A stretch of 64,000 nucleotides of DNA from Gaiellaceae bacterium. Lineage in GTDB: Bacteria > Actinomycetota > Thermoleophilia > Gaiellales > Gaiellaceae. Positions 45,347 to 54,448 of this stretch are shown here, one piece after another (positions within the stretch are counted from its first letter, which is position 1; each line of letters starts with the position of its first letter). Made by a program: the position numbers and the translations under genes. The notes under the pieces are model-generated. The model was not told the origin of the DNA. It searched no databases and worked only from the letters and a program-made list of their open reading frames with translations. The stretch covers positions 18,258-82,257 of the forward strand of contig DATFQN010000093.1 of assembly GCA_035264165.1 (NCBI GenBank), written 5' to 3'.

Positions 45347-46294
45347 GTGGCCAGGAGCTGGGGAGAGTTTCTCGGCGAGACCGACGCGCCGGACGAGACG
45401 CCGGAGGAAGCCGCCGGTTTCTTCACGCGTCTCCGCGACTCGCTCGGCAAGACCCGCCGGGCGATGACCGACCAGCTCGCCACGGTGGCGTTCGACCCCG
45501 CCGACGACGAGGCGTGGGAGCGCGTGGAAGAGGCGCTGATCGCGGCCGACGTCGGTGTCCCCACGACGGCCGAGCTCGTCCAGCGGCTGGAAGCGCGCGG
45601 TGAGGTCGGCGACCTGAGCGAGGCTCTCGCCGACGAGGCGGCTGAGCTCCTGGGTGAGCCCGGCCGGCTCGACGTCGCCAACCGCCCGTCAGTGATCCTG
45701 GTCGTGGGCGTCAACGGCACGGGGAAGACGACGACGATCGGCAAGCTCGCAAGCCGCCTGAGCGAGCACGGCCAGTCGGTGATCATGGCCGCGGCCGACA
45801 CGTTCCGCGCCGCCGCCGAGGAGCAGCTGGAGATCTGGGCGCAGCGCGCCGGCGCCGACTTCGTCGGCTCGGAGCGGGGGGGAGACCCGGCGGCCGTCGC
45901 CTACGACGCAATCGAAGCGGCGACAGCGAGGGGCCGCGACGTCGTCATCGTCGACACCGCGGGTCGCCTGCACACCCAGACGAACCTCATGGAGGAGCTG
46001 GCGAAGGTCCGCCGCGTGATCGAGCGCCGCCTCGACGGCGCGCCGCACGAGACCCTGCTCGTGATCGACGCGACCACGGGGCAAAACGGCCTCCAGCAGG
46101 CGAAGCTCTTCGGCGAAGCGGTCGACGTCTCGGGCGTCGCCCTGACGAAGCTGGACGGTTCGGCGAAGGGCGGCGTCGCGCTCGCGATCGCCCACGAGCT
46201 CGGTCTCCCGGTAAAGCTCGTGGGCGTCGGCGAGGGGATCGAGGACCTGAGGCCCTTCGACCCGCACGACTTCGCGCGCGCGCTGCTGACCTAA
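45347..46294 (+). CDS. ftsY: signal recognition particle receptor FtsY
   Basis: GTG 45347. SRP-GTPase motifs GVNGTGKTTT, DTAGR and TKLDG, with a short acidic N-terminal region. Confidence 0.93.
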   Translation: MARSWGEFLGETDAPDETPEEAAGFFTRLRDSLGKTRRAMTDQLATVAFDPADDEAWERVEEALIAADVGVPTTAELVQRLEARGEVGDLSEALADEAAELLGEPGRLDVANRPSVILVVGVNGTGKTTTIGKLASRLSEHGQSVIMAAADTFRAAAEEQLEIWAQRAGADFVGSERGGDPAAVAYDAIEAATARGRDVVIVDTAGRLHTQTNLMEELAKVRRVIERRLDGAPHETLLVIDATTGQNGLQQAKLFGEAVDVSGVALTKLDGSAKGGVALAIAHELGLPVKLVGVGEGIEDLRPFDPHDFARALLT

Positions 46295-46298
46295 CGCC

Positions 46299-46505
46299 TC
46301 AGCGCTCGACCGCGAAGGCGATGTTCACGGTCGTCCGGTACTCGCTGATCCGGTCGTTCTCGACCACCGCGCTCATCGAGACGACGTCTGCGCCTGAGAT
46401 CCCGCGGAGCGTCTTCGACGCCTCCTGAACTGCGGCGTCAGCCGCCTTGGCGAAGCTCTCCGGCGATGACCCGATGATCGTGATGACTTTCGCGATCCCT
46501 GCCAT
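46299..46505 (-). CDS. dodecin family flavin-binding protein
   Basis: 68 aa. KVITIIGSSPESFAKAADAAVQEASKTLRGI...YRTTVNIAFAVE follows the dodecin pattern. Confidence 0.8.
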   Translation of the reverse strand: MAGIAKVITIIGSSPESFAKAADAAVQEASKTLRGISGADVVSMSAVVENDRISEYRTTVNIAFAVER

Positions 46506-46518
46506 CCCTCTCCTTTCG

Positions 46519-46725
46519 CTAACCGACGACCCGGTAGTCGTGAACGGCGTTGTCGCTCCGCTTCCTCACTTCGATTTGGACCGGCTTCCCCTCGCCGATT
46601 GCGGCTTTACCGTCGGCGAAGGCGGCCTCGATGGCGAACTGCAGCGTACGTCGCCAGCCGTCGTTCCAATCAGCCTCGCTGATCCCCCAGAGCTCCCACG
46701 AACGCATCTCCTGGGACATGTCCAC
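46519..46725 (-). CDS. hypothetical 68-aa protein
   Basis: Lies between the cyclase-STAND gene and the dodecin gene on the same strand, with 23- and 13-nt gaps. Trp-rich N-terminal half. No family recognised. Confidence 0.5.
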   Translation of the reverse strand: MDMSQEMRSWELWGISEADWNDGWRRTLQFAIEAAFADGKAAIGEGKPVQIEVRKRSDNAVHDYRVVG

Positions 46726-46748
46726 CTCCTCGTCGTGTTGGCGCGATC

Positions 46749-49652
46749 CTACGACGTTCGCGGCGACAGGGCTGCGATGCGAGCCACCGCAGCCAGGTTT
46801 CCCTTACGCTCGTATTCCCGAGCCGCCGCCACGGCGTCGCCCGCAGCCAGCAGCGCTCGAGCCTTGACGTCGGGATAGTCCGTCGGGTCAGCGAGCGCGA
46901 CCGCGTCGCGGGCCAGTCCGACGTCCCCGAGCGCGTTCGCGCGCGCTACTCGCCACATCACTTGTGTGGCGACATCGAGGCCGGCGGCATGCTGCTCGCT
47001 GATCTTCGAGTAGTGAAGCGCGTCCTCCAGCGAACCCTCGGCGGCCAACGCGTCCGCAAGGAAGGCTGCCAGGGTCGACATGACGGTGGTGATGCCCATC
47101 TCCTGAAGCTCGCCGAACGCCCAGCGAAGAATGCTCCTTGCCTCATCGGGACGCCCCGCGAGCGCCTCGATGTCTGCTGCGATGAGGGATCGCGCGGCGA
47201 GCCGGAAACGCTGACCGAGCGCTTCGTAGAGCGCGCGTGCCGCGACCTGGAGCCGCCGCGCCTCCTCGAAGTCCTGCTTCATGGCACGGAGGCCCGCAAT
47301 CGAGCCGGTGACCGACGCCCGCAGCGAGCGATCATCTGGCAGCTCGGCCAGGAGGCTCTCGCACCGCGCGATCGCCTCGTCGACTGGCGTCGGCCCGCAG
47401 TACAGAGCCCAGGCAAGCTGCGCCGCAAGCGTCCCCTGCTCACTCTTATCTTGCGCGGCTCGCGCATACTCCACGGCGCGTTCGAGGTTCTCGACCCGGG
47501 CGCCCCAGCGACAGGCAATCAGGTCCACCTCACTCTTGAGCCACCACGCCTTCGCGAGCCCGAGGTGGTCGTCGAGTTCTTCGAGGAGCGGGATTGCGCT
47601 ATCGGTCACAGCGACGATCCCTTCGACGGATTCTTCACGGCTCGTGAAGACACGGAAGAACTCGCGCTCGATGAGCGTTCGAAGCTCCAGTCGCCGGTCG
47701 GAGGCAGCTCGCGCGCCGTCGAGGGCCTGTGTGAGGATCCGTTCGGCCCGGGTGAAGTCACCAGTCCGCATGAGCGCGCTGCCGAGGACGGGGAGCAGCT
47801 CACGCCGCGCGGCGTGGTCGTCTGGCAGGAGCGAAGCGGCACGCGTCAGGAGCCCGACGGCCGCCGGGAGGTCGCCGCGACGCACGGCCCGCCTACCCGC
47901 TCGCGCGAGGTGTTCGCCGGCGGCCGTCGCCAGCGTGGCGTCAGCCGGCCCGAGCTCCTGGTGGTACCGGAACGTCTGTTCGAGGTGGTAGCCGACCAGC
48001 TCGTCGAGCTCACCGGCAGAGCCGAGCCAGTTCGCGTACTTGCGATGAAGCTCGGCGCGGGCCTCCTTGGCGAGCCCCAGGTAGGCGGCGTCGCGGATCA
48101 GCACGTGGCGGAAGCGGAACCCGTCCTCGCCTTGAAACGTGGTGGGATCGGGTTCGACCAAGTCACGGCGGACGAGCGCGAGCAGAATGGCACCCACCGA
48201 CTCCTCGCCTGACAGAGCCGAGACCGCGTCGCGGGTGAACTCCCGTCCGATCACCGCGGCCTGCTCTAGCGTCAACCGCTCCCGAGGCTCGAGCCGGTCG
48301 AGGCGCGCGGCAAGGATCGCGTGGATCGAAGGCGGAATCGCTTCCTCCCTGCCTTCCTGCTCGAGGGCGAACAGCTGCTCGAGGAAGAGCGGGTTGCCTT
48401 CCGCCGCCGCAGTCAAGCGCGAGCGCTTCTCCGCTGGGACGTCGAGAGCGTCTGCGAGCCGCTCAGTCTCGTCGACGGAGAGCGGGGCAAGCGAGATCGT
48501 CACGGGCCAGGAGGGCCGCCGCTCCGCGAGTTCCGGTCTGCCGAGACCCAGAAGCAGGATCGGCGCATCAGTCGTCCAGCCTGTGAGGTACTCGACCAGG
48601 TCGAGCAGCGTCGGCTCAGCCCACTGAAGCTCGTCTAGACCGACAATCAGCGGCCGTTCCCGGGCGAGGTGCTCCAGGAACTTCCGGACCGCCGAGAATG
48701 TCTCCTCGGTGCCACTCAGCCCCTCTGCGGGGCCGACGGCATCCGCGATGATCGCCGCGATCCGGCCAGCTTGCTCCGAACCTCGTAACCGCTCCGCGAT
48801 TCGATCCGGGCTCAGATTGCCCACGGCGCCCAGGACGATCGCTCGCAGCGGCCAGTAGGTAACTCCTTCGCCGTACGGCAGGCATCGCCCGACGAGTGCC
48901 GCAGTGTTTTCCCCGGCCTCGCGCAGCAGCTCGGTCCCCAGCCGAGACTTTCCGATCCCGGCGGGGCCGATGATCGTGGCAAGCCGGCACCGCCGCTCGG
49001 CGACCGCGGCTCCGAGTTCGCGGCGCAGCAGCTCGAGCTCCGCTTCGCGGCCCACGAGGGGCGTGTCCAGCCGGCGCGGAAACGGCTCTGCGCCCTCGAC
49101 GACGCCCAGCAGCCGCAAGGCAGGAACCGGCTTGGCTTTGCCCTTCAGCAGGAGCGGTTCGACCGGCTCGACGAGCACGGCGTTCGAGACGAGCTCATAC
49201 GTCGTCTGGCCGATCAGGATCTCGCCCGCCCGCGCCGAGGACTCCAAGCGCTGCGCGGTTGCGACGGCGTCCCCCGTCGCGAACGCTTGGCCCTGGGAGG
49301 GATCGCCGGCCATGACCTCGCCCGTGTTGACGCCCATGCGGATCGCGAGCGTGAGGCTGTGCGCCTGCGACAGGTGCGCGTTGAGCTTGGAGAGCGCAAC
49401 CCGCAGGTCGGAGGTAGCCCGCACCGCACGCAGCGCGTCGTCGTCGTGCGCAGTGGGGATGCCGAAGACCGCCATCACGGCGTCGCCGATGTACTTCTCC
49501 ACGGTGCCGCCGTGCCGCTCCAGCGCGCCGCGCACTGCGTCGAAGTACCCCTCCTGGACGCGCCGATGCAGCTCGGGATCGATCCGCTCCCCGAGGGCTG
49601 TCGAATCGACGATGTCGCAGAAGACGACGGTGACCGTCTTGCGGGCGGCCAT
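46749..49652 (-). CDS. class III adenylate/guanylate cyclase - AAA/STAND NTPase - TPR repeat protein
   Basis: N-terminal cyclase domain (VTVVFCDIVDSTAL, KYIGDAVMAVFG, IRMGVNTGEV), Walker A GPAGIGKSRL, then a long helical-repeat C-terminal half. No C-terminal HTH was seen. Confidence 0.85.
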   Translation of the reverse strand: MAARKTVTVVFCDIVDSTALGERIDPELHRRVQEGYFDAVRGALERHGGTVEKYIGDAVMAVFGIPTAHDDDALRAVRATSDLRVALSKLNAHLSQAHSLTLAIRMGVNTGEVMAGDPSQGQAFATGDAVATAQRLESSARAGEILIGQTTYELVSNAVLVEPVEPLLLKGKAKPVPALRLLGVVEGAEPFPRRLDTPLVGREAELELLRRELGAAVAERRCRLATIIGPAGIGKSRLGTELLREAGENTAALVGRCLPYGEGVTYWPLRAIVLGAVGNLSPDRIAERLRGSEQAGRIAAIIADAVGPAEGLSGTEETFSAVRKFLEHLARERPLIVGLDELQWAEPTLLDLVEYLTGWTTDAPILLLGLGRPELAERRPSWPVTISLAPLSVDETERLADALDVPAEKRSRLTAAAEGNPLFLEQLFALEQEGREEAIPPSIHAILAARLDRLEPRERLTLEQAAVIGREFTRDAVSALSGEESVGAILLALVRRDLVEPDPTTFQGEDGFRFRHVLIRDAAYLGLAKEARAELHRKYANWLGSAGELDELVGYHLEQTFRYHQELGPADATLATAAGEHLARAGRRAVRRGDLPAAVGLLTRAASLLPDDHAARRELLPVLGSALMRTGDFTRAERILTQALDGARAASDRRLELRTLIEREFFRVFTSREESVEGIVAVTDSAIPLLEELDDHLGLAKAWWLKSEVDLIACRWGARVENLERAVEYARAAQDKSEQGTLAAQLAWALYCGPTPVDEAIARCESLLAELPDDRSLRASVTGSIAGLRAMKQDFEEARRLQVAARALYEALGQRFRLAARSLIAADIEALAGRPDEARSILRWAFGELQEMGITTVMSTLAAFLADALAAEGSLEDALHYSKISEQHAAGLDVATQVMWRVARANALGDVGLARDAVALADPTDYPDVKARALLAAGDAVAAAREYERKGNLAAVARIAALSPRTS

Positions 49653-49700
49653 GTACCGAGTCTAGGGCGGCGGAAAGGCCGTCACTACACTGTTCCGCCG

Positions 49701-51026
49701 ATGTTCGACACCCTCGGCGACAAGCTCAACGCCGCCCTCGGCCCGCTCCGCGGCCGCGGGAAGCTCGACGAAGAGGCGATTTCGCGCGCGATGCGCGAGA
49801 TTCGGCTCGCGCTGCTCGAGGCGGACGTCAACTTCAAGGTCGTCAAAGACTTCGTGGCGCGGGTCAAGGAGCGGGCGACGGGCCAGGACGTCGCCCGGAG
49901 CCTCACGCCCGGCCAGCAGGTCGTGAAGATCGTCCACGAGGAGCTCACCGAGCTGATGGGCGCGGGGAGCTCGAAGCTGGCGATGGCGGGCAAGCCGCCG
50001 ACCGTGATCCTGCTCGCCGGCCTCCAGGGCTCGGGCAAGACGACGGCCGCGGCCAAGCTCGCGCTGCTCCTGCGAAAGGAGGGCCATACGCCGGCCCTCG
50101 TCGCCGCCGACCTCCAGCGACCGGCGGCGGTCGAGCAGCTCGAGCAGCTGGGACGGCAGATCCAGGTGCCTGTCTCCACGGCGTCGGACCCCGTGAACGC
50201 CGTCACTGAAGGGATCCAGCGCGCGCGAGATCAGGGCGCCGACGTCGTGATCCTCGACACGGCCGGCCGGCTGCACGTCGACGAGGAGCTCATGCAGGAG
50301 CTGGCTCGCGTGCGAGATGCGGCGAAGCCGACGAACGTGCTGCTCGTGCTCGATGCGATGACCGGCCAGGAGGCCGTCTCCGTCGCCGAGGCCTTCCAGG
50401 AGCGCGTCGCCTTCGACGGCGTGCTGATGACGAAGCTCGACGGCGACGCCCGAGGCGGCGCGGCGCTCTCCGTCAAGGCCGTCACGGGCAAGCCGATCAA
50501 GCTCGCGTCCGTCGGCGAGAAGCTCGACCAGCTCGAGTACTTCCACCCCGACCGAATGGCGTCGCGGATCCTCGGCATGGGCGACGTCCTGACGCTGATC
50601 GAGAAGGCCGAAGAGGCCGCGGCCGAAGAGGACAGCGCCGCGCTCGAGGCGCGCATGCGCGCCGGCGAGTTCAGCTTCGACGACTTCCTGGCGAGCTACC
50701 GGATGCTGCGCAGGATGGGACCGCTCCAGGGCGTGCTGAAGATGATCCCGGGCCTCGGGAAGGAGCTCCAGGGTCTCGACATCGACGAGGCCGAGCTGAA
50801 GCGGGTCGAGGCGATCGTCCTCTCCATGACGCCGCACGAGCGCCGGATGCCGCACCTGATCGACGGCTCGCGGCGGAAGCGCATCGCGGCCGGCAGCGGG
50901 ACGACGATCCAGCAGGTAAACAAGCTGCTCTCGGCGCGAAAGCAGATGCAGAAGATGATGAAGCAGATGGGAAAGGGCAAGATGCCGGGGTTGCCCCCAG
51001 AGCTGACGAAGGCACGAGGGAGGTGA
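49701..51026 (+). CDS. ffh: signal recognition particle protein Ffh
   Basis: In-frame ATG 49701 gives MFDTLGDKL. Has [35 protein letters not shown] and a Met-rich M domain. Confidence 0.94.
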   Translation: MFDTLGDKLNAALGPLRGRGKLDEEAISRAMREIRLALLEADVNFKVVKDFVARVKERATGQDVARSLTPGQQVVKIVHEELTELMGAGSSKLAMAGKPPTVILLAGLQGSGKTTAAAKLALLLRKEGHTPALVAADLQRPAAVEQLEQLGRQIQVPVSTASDPVNAVTEGIQRARDQGADVVILDTAGRLHVDEELMQELARVRDAAKPTNVLLVLDAMTGQEAVSVAEAFQERVAFDGVLMTKLDGDARGGAALSVKAVTGKPIKLASVGEKLDQLEYFHPDRMASRILGMGDVLTLIEKAEEAAAEEDSAALEARMRAGEFSFDDFLASYRMLRRMGPLQGVLKMIPGLGKELQGLDIDEAELKRVEAIVLSMTPHERRMPHLIDGSRRKRIAAGSGTTIQQVNKLLSARKQMQKMMKQMGKGKMPGLPPELTKARGR

Positions 51027-51027
51027 A

Positions 51028-51270
51028 ATGGCGGTACGGATGAGATTGACGCGGGTCGGGTCGAAGAAAAACCCGATCTACCGCGTCGTGGTCGCCGACT
51101 CGCGCTCGCCGCGGGACGGAAGATTCATCGAGATCGTGGGGCGCTACAACCCCCAAACCGATCCTTCGACGATCGACTTCGACGAGGAGAAGGTCAAGGA
51201 GTGGCTCGGCAAGGGCGCACAGCCGTCGGGCACGGTTGCCCGCCTGCTGAAGATCAAGAACCTTGGCTGA
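51028..51270 (+). CDS. rpsP: 30S ribosomal protein S16
   Basis: [35 protein letters not shown]; 80 aa. Confidence 0.94.
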   Translation: MAVRMRLTRVGSKKNPIYRVVVADSRSPRDGRFIEIVGRYNPQTDPSTIDFDEEKVKEWLGKGAQPSGTVARLLKIKNLG

Positions 51271-51493
51271 GCTGCTGACCTACCTGGCGCAGCGCCTCGT
51301 CGACGACCCTGAGGCGGTTCGCGTCGAGGAGGAGGAGCGTGACGACACGCTCGTGCTTCGCCTGCACGTGGCCAAGGACGATGTCGGCAAGGTGATCGGC
51401 CGCCAGGGGCGGATCGCGCGGGCGCTTCGCGCGATCGTCAGGGCGGGCGGCGCGCGGGAGCGGCGCCGGCTGATTCTCGAGATCGCTGACTGA
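51263..51493 (+). CDS. KH-domain RNA-binding protein (YlqC/UPF0109 family)
   Basis: The GxxG-type motif [16 protein letters not shown] sits between rpsP and rimM, as in the conserved operon. Confidence 0.85.
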   Translation: MAELLTYLAQRLVDDPEAVRVEEEERDDTLVLRLHVAKDDVGKVIGRQGRIARALRAIVRAGGARERRRLILEIAD

Positions 51494-51962
51494 CGAGCTC
51501 ATCACCGTCGGGCGCGTCGGAAAGCCCCACGGGCTGGACGGCTCCTTCGTCGTCGAGAACGCCAGTGAGGAGCCGGAGCGCTTCGAGCGCGGCGCTCGTC
51601 TGCTCGTCGGCGGGGAAGAGGCAGAGGTCGTCGAGCGGAAGCGCCCCGGCGGACGCCTCGTCGTGCGGCTGGACCGGCCCGTCGAGCGCGGAGCCGCGCT
51701 CCAGGTGCGCCGTGCCGATCTGCCGGAGCCGGAGCCCGGCGAGTACTACGCCTTCCAGCTGGTCGGCCTCGTCGTCGAGGAGGACGGTGGCCGGATCCTC
51801 GGGAACGTCGAGGAGGTCGCCCGGGGCGTCGCGAACGATGTGCTCGAGCTCGACTCGGGCCTCGCGCTGCCGATGGTGGAAGCGTGCGTGAGAGAGGTCG
51901 ATCTCGAAGGGCGCCGAATCCTGGTCGCGCGGGGATTCACGCCCGGCCAAGGCGCCGACTAG
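51486..51962 (+). CDS. rimM: 16S rRNA processing protein RimM (start inferred at CTG)
   Basis: The N-terminal RimM motif ITVGRVGKPHGLDGSFVV and the C-terminal PRC-barrel (GEYYAFQLVGL...NDVLEL) share one frame, open from 51474. The first canonical start, GTG 51663, lies 59 codons downstream of the motif. In-frame CTG 51486 sits 5 nt before the upstream TGA. Confidence 0.8.
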   Translation: MTDELITVGRVGKPHGLDGSFVVENASEEPERFERGARLLVGGEEAEVVERKRPGGRLVVRLDRPVERGAALQVRRADLPEPEPGEYYAFQLVGLVVEEDGGRILGNVEEVARGVANDVLELDSGLALPMVEACVREVDLEGRRILVARGFTPGQGAD

Positions 51963-52030
51963 GCGGCGCCGACCAGAAGGGGCCGTTTCGGCTTTGCCGG
52001 TGCGGCCCGTACGACTAACCTGCTCGCACT

Positions 52031-52687
52031 TTGCGCATCGACGTCTTCACGCTGGTTCCGCATGTCTTCGCCGCGGTTTCCGAACAGCGGCCGCTGGCCG
52101 CCGTACTCGGCGACGAGCTCGACCTGCGGCTCTTCAACTACCGCGACTGGACGCCGCTTCCGGGCGGGCAGGTCGACGGCGAGCCATATGGAGGCGGCGC
52201 TGGGATGGTGCTGCGCGTTGACGTCGTCGCCGCGGCGCTCGAGGGCGTCTACGGCGGCCTGCCGGAGCACCGCGTGATCGCGCTGACGCCGCAGGGGAGA
52301 CAGCTCGACCAGGCGGTCGTCGAGGAGCTCGCGGAGGAGCACCACCTGACGCTGCTCTCGGCCCGCTTCGAGGGGTTCGACGAGCGCATCCTCGTGCAGC
52401 TTGCGAGCGACGCGATCTCGATCGGGCCGTACGTGCTTTCCGGCGGGGAGCTGCCCGCCATGGTCGTGCTCGACGCTGTCGCCAGGCGCCTCCCGGGCGC
52501 GCTGGGTGAAGGCTCCGCTGCGGAGGAGACGTTCTCCGCGGAGCTGGAGGGCGGGTTCGAGTACCCGCACTACACGCGGCCGGCGGAATTCCGCAGCTGG
52601 CGCGTCCCGGACGTCCTGGTCTCCGGCGACCACGCCCGGATCGCCGACTGGCGGCGAACGCAGAGCCGGGAGCGTACGCCCTCGTGA
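52031..52687 (+). CDS. trmD: tRNA (guanine37-N1)-methyltransferase
   Basis: TTG 52031. Has MRIDVFTLVP, DGEPYGGGAGMVL, SARFEGFDER, SIGPYVLSGGELPA and YTRPAEFRSW. Confidence 0.93.
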   Translation: MRIDVFTLVPHVFAAVSEQRPLAAVLGDELDLRLFNYRDWTPLPGGQVDGEPYGGGAGMVLRVDVVAAALEGVYGGLPEHRVIALTPQGRQLDQAVVEELAEEHHLTLLSARFEGFDERILVQLASDAISIGPYVLSGGELPAMVVLDAVARRLPGALGEGSAAEETFSAELEGGFEYPHYTRPAEFRSWRVPDVLVSGDHARIADWRRTQSRERTPS

Positions 52688-53289
52688 GGAACCCGATCGA
52701 GCGCCTGACCCATAGGCTGCCGCGCTCGTGGCGGATCGCGATCGACTGGGTCGTGACGATCGTCGGCGCCGTCGCGATCGTGCTCGCGGTCAAGGCCTGG
52801 GTCGTGAACCCCTATCGGATCCCGTCGTCGTCGATGGAGCCGACGCTGCACTGCGCGGGCGCCGGCCTGGGGTGTACTGCACGCTTCTCGGACCGCGTCC
52901 TCGCCAACCGGTTCATCTACCACCTCGTCGAGCCCAAGCGCGGCGACATCGTCGTCTTCCACACGCCGGCAGCAGCGCGCAGGGACTGCGGCGCGGGCGG
53001 GACGTTCGTCAAGCGGATCGTCGGCCTCCCGGGGGAGGTCTGGGAGCTGCGCGCCGGCTACGTCTACATCGACGGGGTGCGGCTGCGCGAGTCGTACATC
53101 ACGAAAGACCGCCGGAACGGCGAGTCGAATCCGCCCTACCGCATCCCGAAGGACGAGTACTACGTCATGGGCGACAACCGCGCGTCGTCGTGTGACTCGC
53201 GGGTCTGGGGGGCGCTGCCTCGTAAGAACCTGATCGGGAAGGTCTTCGCGGTCTACTGGCCTCCGAAGCGAGCCTCCCTGCACTCGTGA
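52684..53289 (+). CDS. lepB: signal peptidase I, copy 1
   Basis: GTG overlaps the trmD TGA. TM anchor, Ser box IPSSSMEPTL, Lys box [11 protein letters not shown] and GDNRASSCDSR. Confidence 0.9.
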   Translation: MRNPIERLTHRLPRSWRIAIDWVVTIVGAVAIVLAVKAWVVNPYRIPSSSMEPTLHCAGAGLGCTARFSDRVLANRFIYHLVEPKRGDIVVFHTPAAARRDCGAGGTFVKRIVGLPGEVWELRAGYVYIDGVRLRESYITKDRRNGESNPPYRIPKDEYYVMGDNRASSCDSRVWGALPRKNLIGKVFAVYWPPKRASLHS

Positions 53290-53888
53290 GAAACCCGATC
53301 GACCGCTTGACCCACCGGCTACCCCGGTCGTGGCGGATCGCGATCGACTGGGTCGTGACGATCGTGGGTGCCGTCGCGATCGTGCTGGCGATCAAGGCCT
53401 GGGTCGTGAACCCGTATCGGATCCCGTCGTCGTCGATGGAGACGACGCTTCACTGCGCCGGCGCCGGTCTCGGCTGCACCGCGCGCTTCTCCGACCGCGT
53501 CCTCGCCAACCGGTTCATCTACCACTTGGTCGAGCCGAAGCGGGGCGACATCGTCGTCTTCGAGACGCCGCAGGCCGCGCGGCGGGACTGCGGCGCGGGC
53601 GGGACGTTCGTCAAGCGGATCGTCGGCCTCCCCGGGGAGGTCTGGGAGATGCGCGGGGGCTACGTCTACATCGACGGGGTCCGCCTGAGGGAGCCCTACG
53701 TGCAGACAGACCGCCGCGACGGGGACACGAAACCGCCGTACCGCATCCCCAAGGACCAGTACTACGTGATGGGCGACAACCGCGCGCAGTCGTGCGATTC
53801 GCGGGTGTGGGGCGCCCTGCCGAAGGACAACCTGATCGGCAAGGTGTTCGCCGTCTACTGGCCGCCGAGGCGGATTTCCTTGCGCTAG
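53286..53888 (+). CDS. lepB: signal peptidase I, copy 2 (tandem paralogue)
   Basis: GTG overlaps the copy-1 TGA. Has about 22 substitutions over 200 aligned residues versus copy 1, by eye. The Ser box reads [10 protein letters not shown], and [11 protein letters not shown] and [11 protein letters not shown] are retained. Confidence 0.88.
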   Translation: MRNPIDRLTHRLPRSWRIAIDWVVTIVGAVAIVLAIKAWVVNPYRIPSSSMETTLHCAGAGLGCTARFSDRVLANRFIYHLVEPKRGDIVVFETPQAARRDCGAGGTFVKRIVGLPGEVWEMRGGYVYIDGVRLREPYVQTDRRDGDTKPPYRIPKDQYYVMGDNRAQSCDSRVWGALPKDNLIGKVFAVYWPPRRISLR

Positions 53889-53895
53889 CATGCCC

Positions 53896-53914
53896 GGTCG
53901 GCCGACGGCCGACC
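53896..53914 (+). terminator. GC hairpin between lepB copy 2 and rplS
   Basis: GGTCGGCC-GAC-GGCCGACC, a perfect 8-bp stem, followed by CTTTG. This argues against the ATG 53890 start for rplS. Confidence 0.45.
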
Positions 53915-53922
53915 CTTTGCCC

Positions 53923-54408
53923 ATGCCCAACCCGATCGAGACTCTCGAGCGCCGTCAGCTGCGCTCTGACATCCCGGAGTTCAAGGCCGGGGACACCGTG
54001 CGCGTGCACTTCCAGGTGATCGAGGGCGAGCGACGCCGCGTTCAGGTCTTCGAGGGCATCGTCATCAAGCGCCAGGGGTCGGGCGTGCGTGAGACCTTCA
54101 CCGTGCGGAAGCAGTCCTTCGGCGTCGGCGTCGAGCGGACGTTCCCGGTGCACTCGCCGAAGATCGAGCGCATCGAGGTGACGGCGATCGGCGACGTCAA
54201 TCGCGCCAAGCTCTACTACTTGCGCGGGAGAGTGGGACGAAAGGCGCGCGTGCGCGAGCGCCGTGAGGGGCAGCGGCTATCCTCGGCCGGTGCCCGCGCC
54301 GCCGAGCAGTCTGCCGACGAGCCAGTCGCGGCCGTCGAGGCCGAGCGGGATCCTGAGGGCGAGGCGGAGGCGGAAGCCGCCGCGGTCGAGCCCACGGAAT
54401 CGAGCTAG
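53923..54408 (+). CDS. rplS: 50S ribosomal protein L19 with acidic C-terminal extension
   Basis: ATG 53923. Has [33 protein letters not shown] and [18 protein letters not shown]. An extra Ala/Glu-rich tail of about 45 aa follows. Confidence 0.9.
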   Translation: MPNPIETLERRQLRSDIPEFKAGDTVRVHFQVIEGERRRVQVFEGIVIKRQGSGVRETFTVRKQSFGVGVERTFPVHSPKIERIEVTAIGDVNRAKLYYLRGRVGRKARVRERREGQRLSSAGARAAEQSADEPVAAVEAERDPEGEAEAEAAAVEPTESS

Positions 54409-54448
54409 GCGACTCCTTCAGTTCGACCGACAGTTCGGCCTTCGTTGG

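Larger units (their letters stand above)
52684..53888 (+). repeat. about 602-bp tandem direct duplication covering the two lepB genes
   Basis: The nucleotide strings from GTGAGGAACCCGATCGA... and GTGAGAAACCCGATCGA... stay collinear and highly similar to the ends of both genes. Confidence 0.85.

Noticed and set aside
49287-49700. N-terminal extension of ffh (ORF track start 49287)
   Set aside because: The extension is antisense to the cyclase gene and non-homologous. The canonical Ffh N-terminus MFDTLGDKL starts at ATG 49701.
53890-53922. ATG 53890 as the rplS start
   Set aside because: The 11 added codons are occupied by a perfect 8-bp GC hairpin (53896-53914), and L19 homology starts at MPNPIETLE (ATG 53923).
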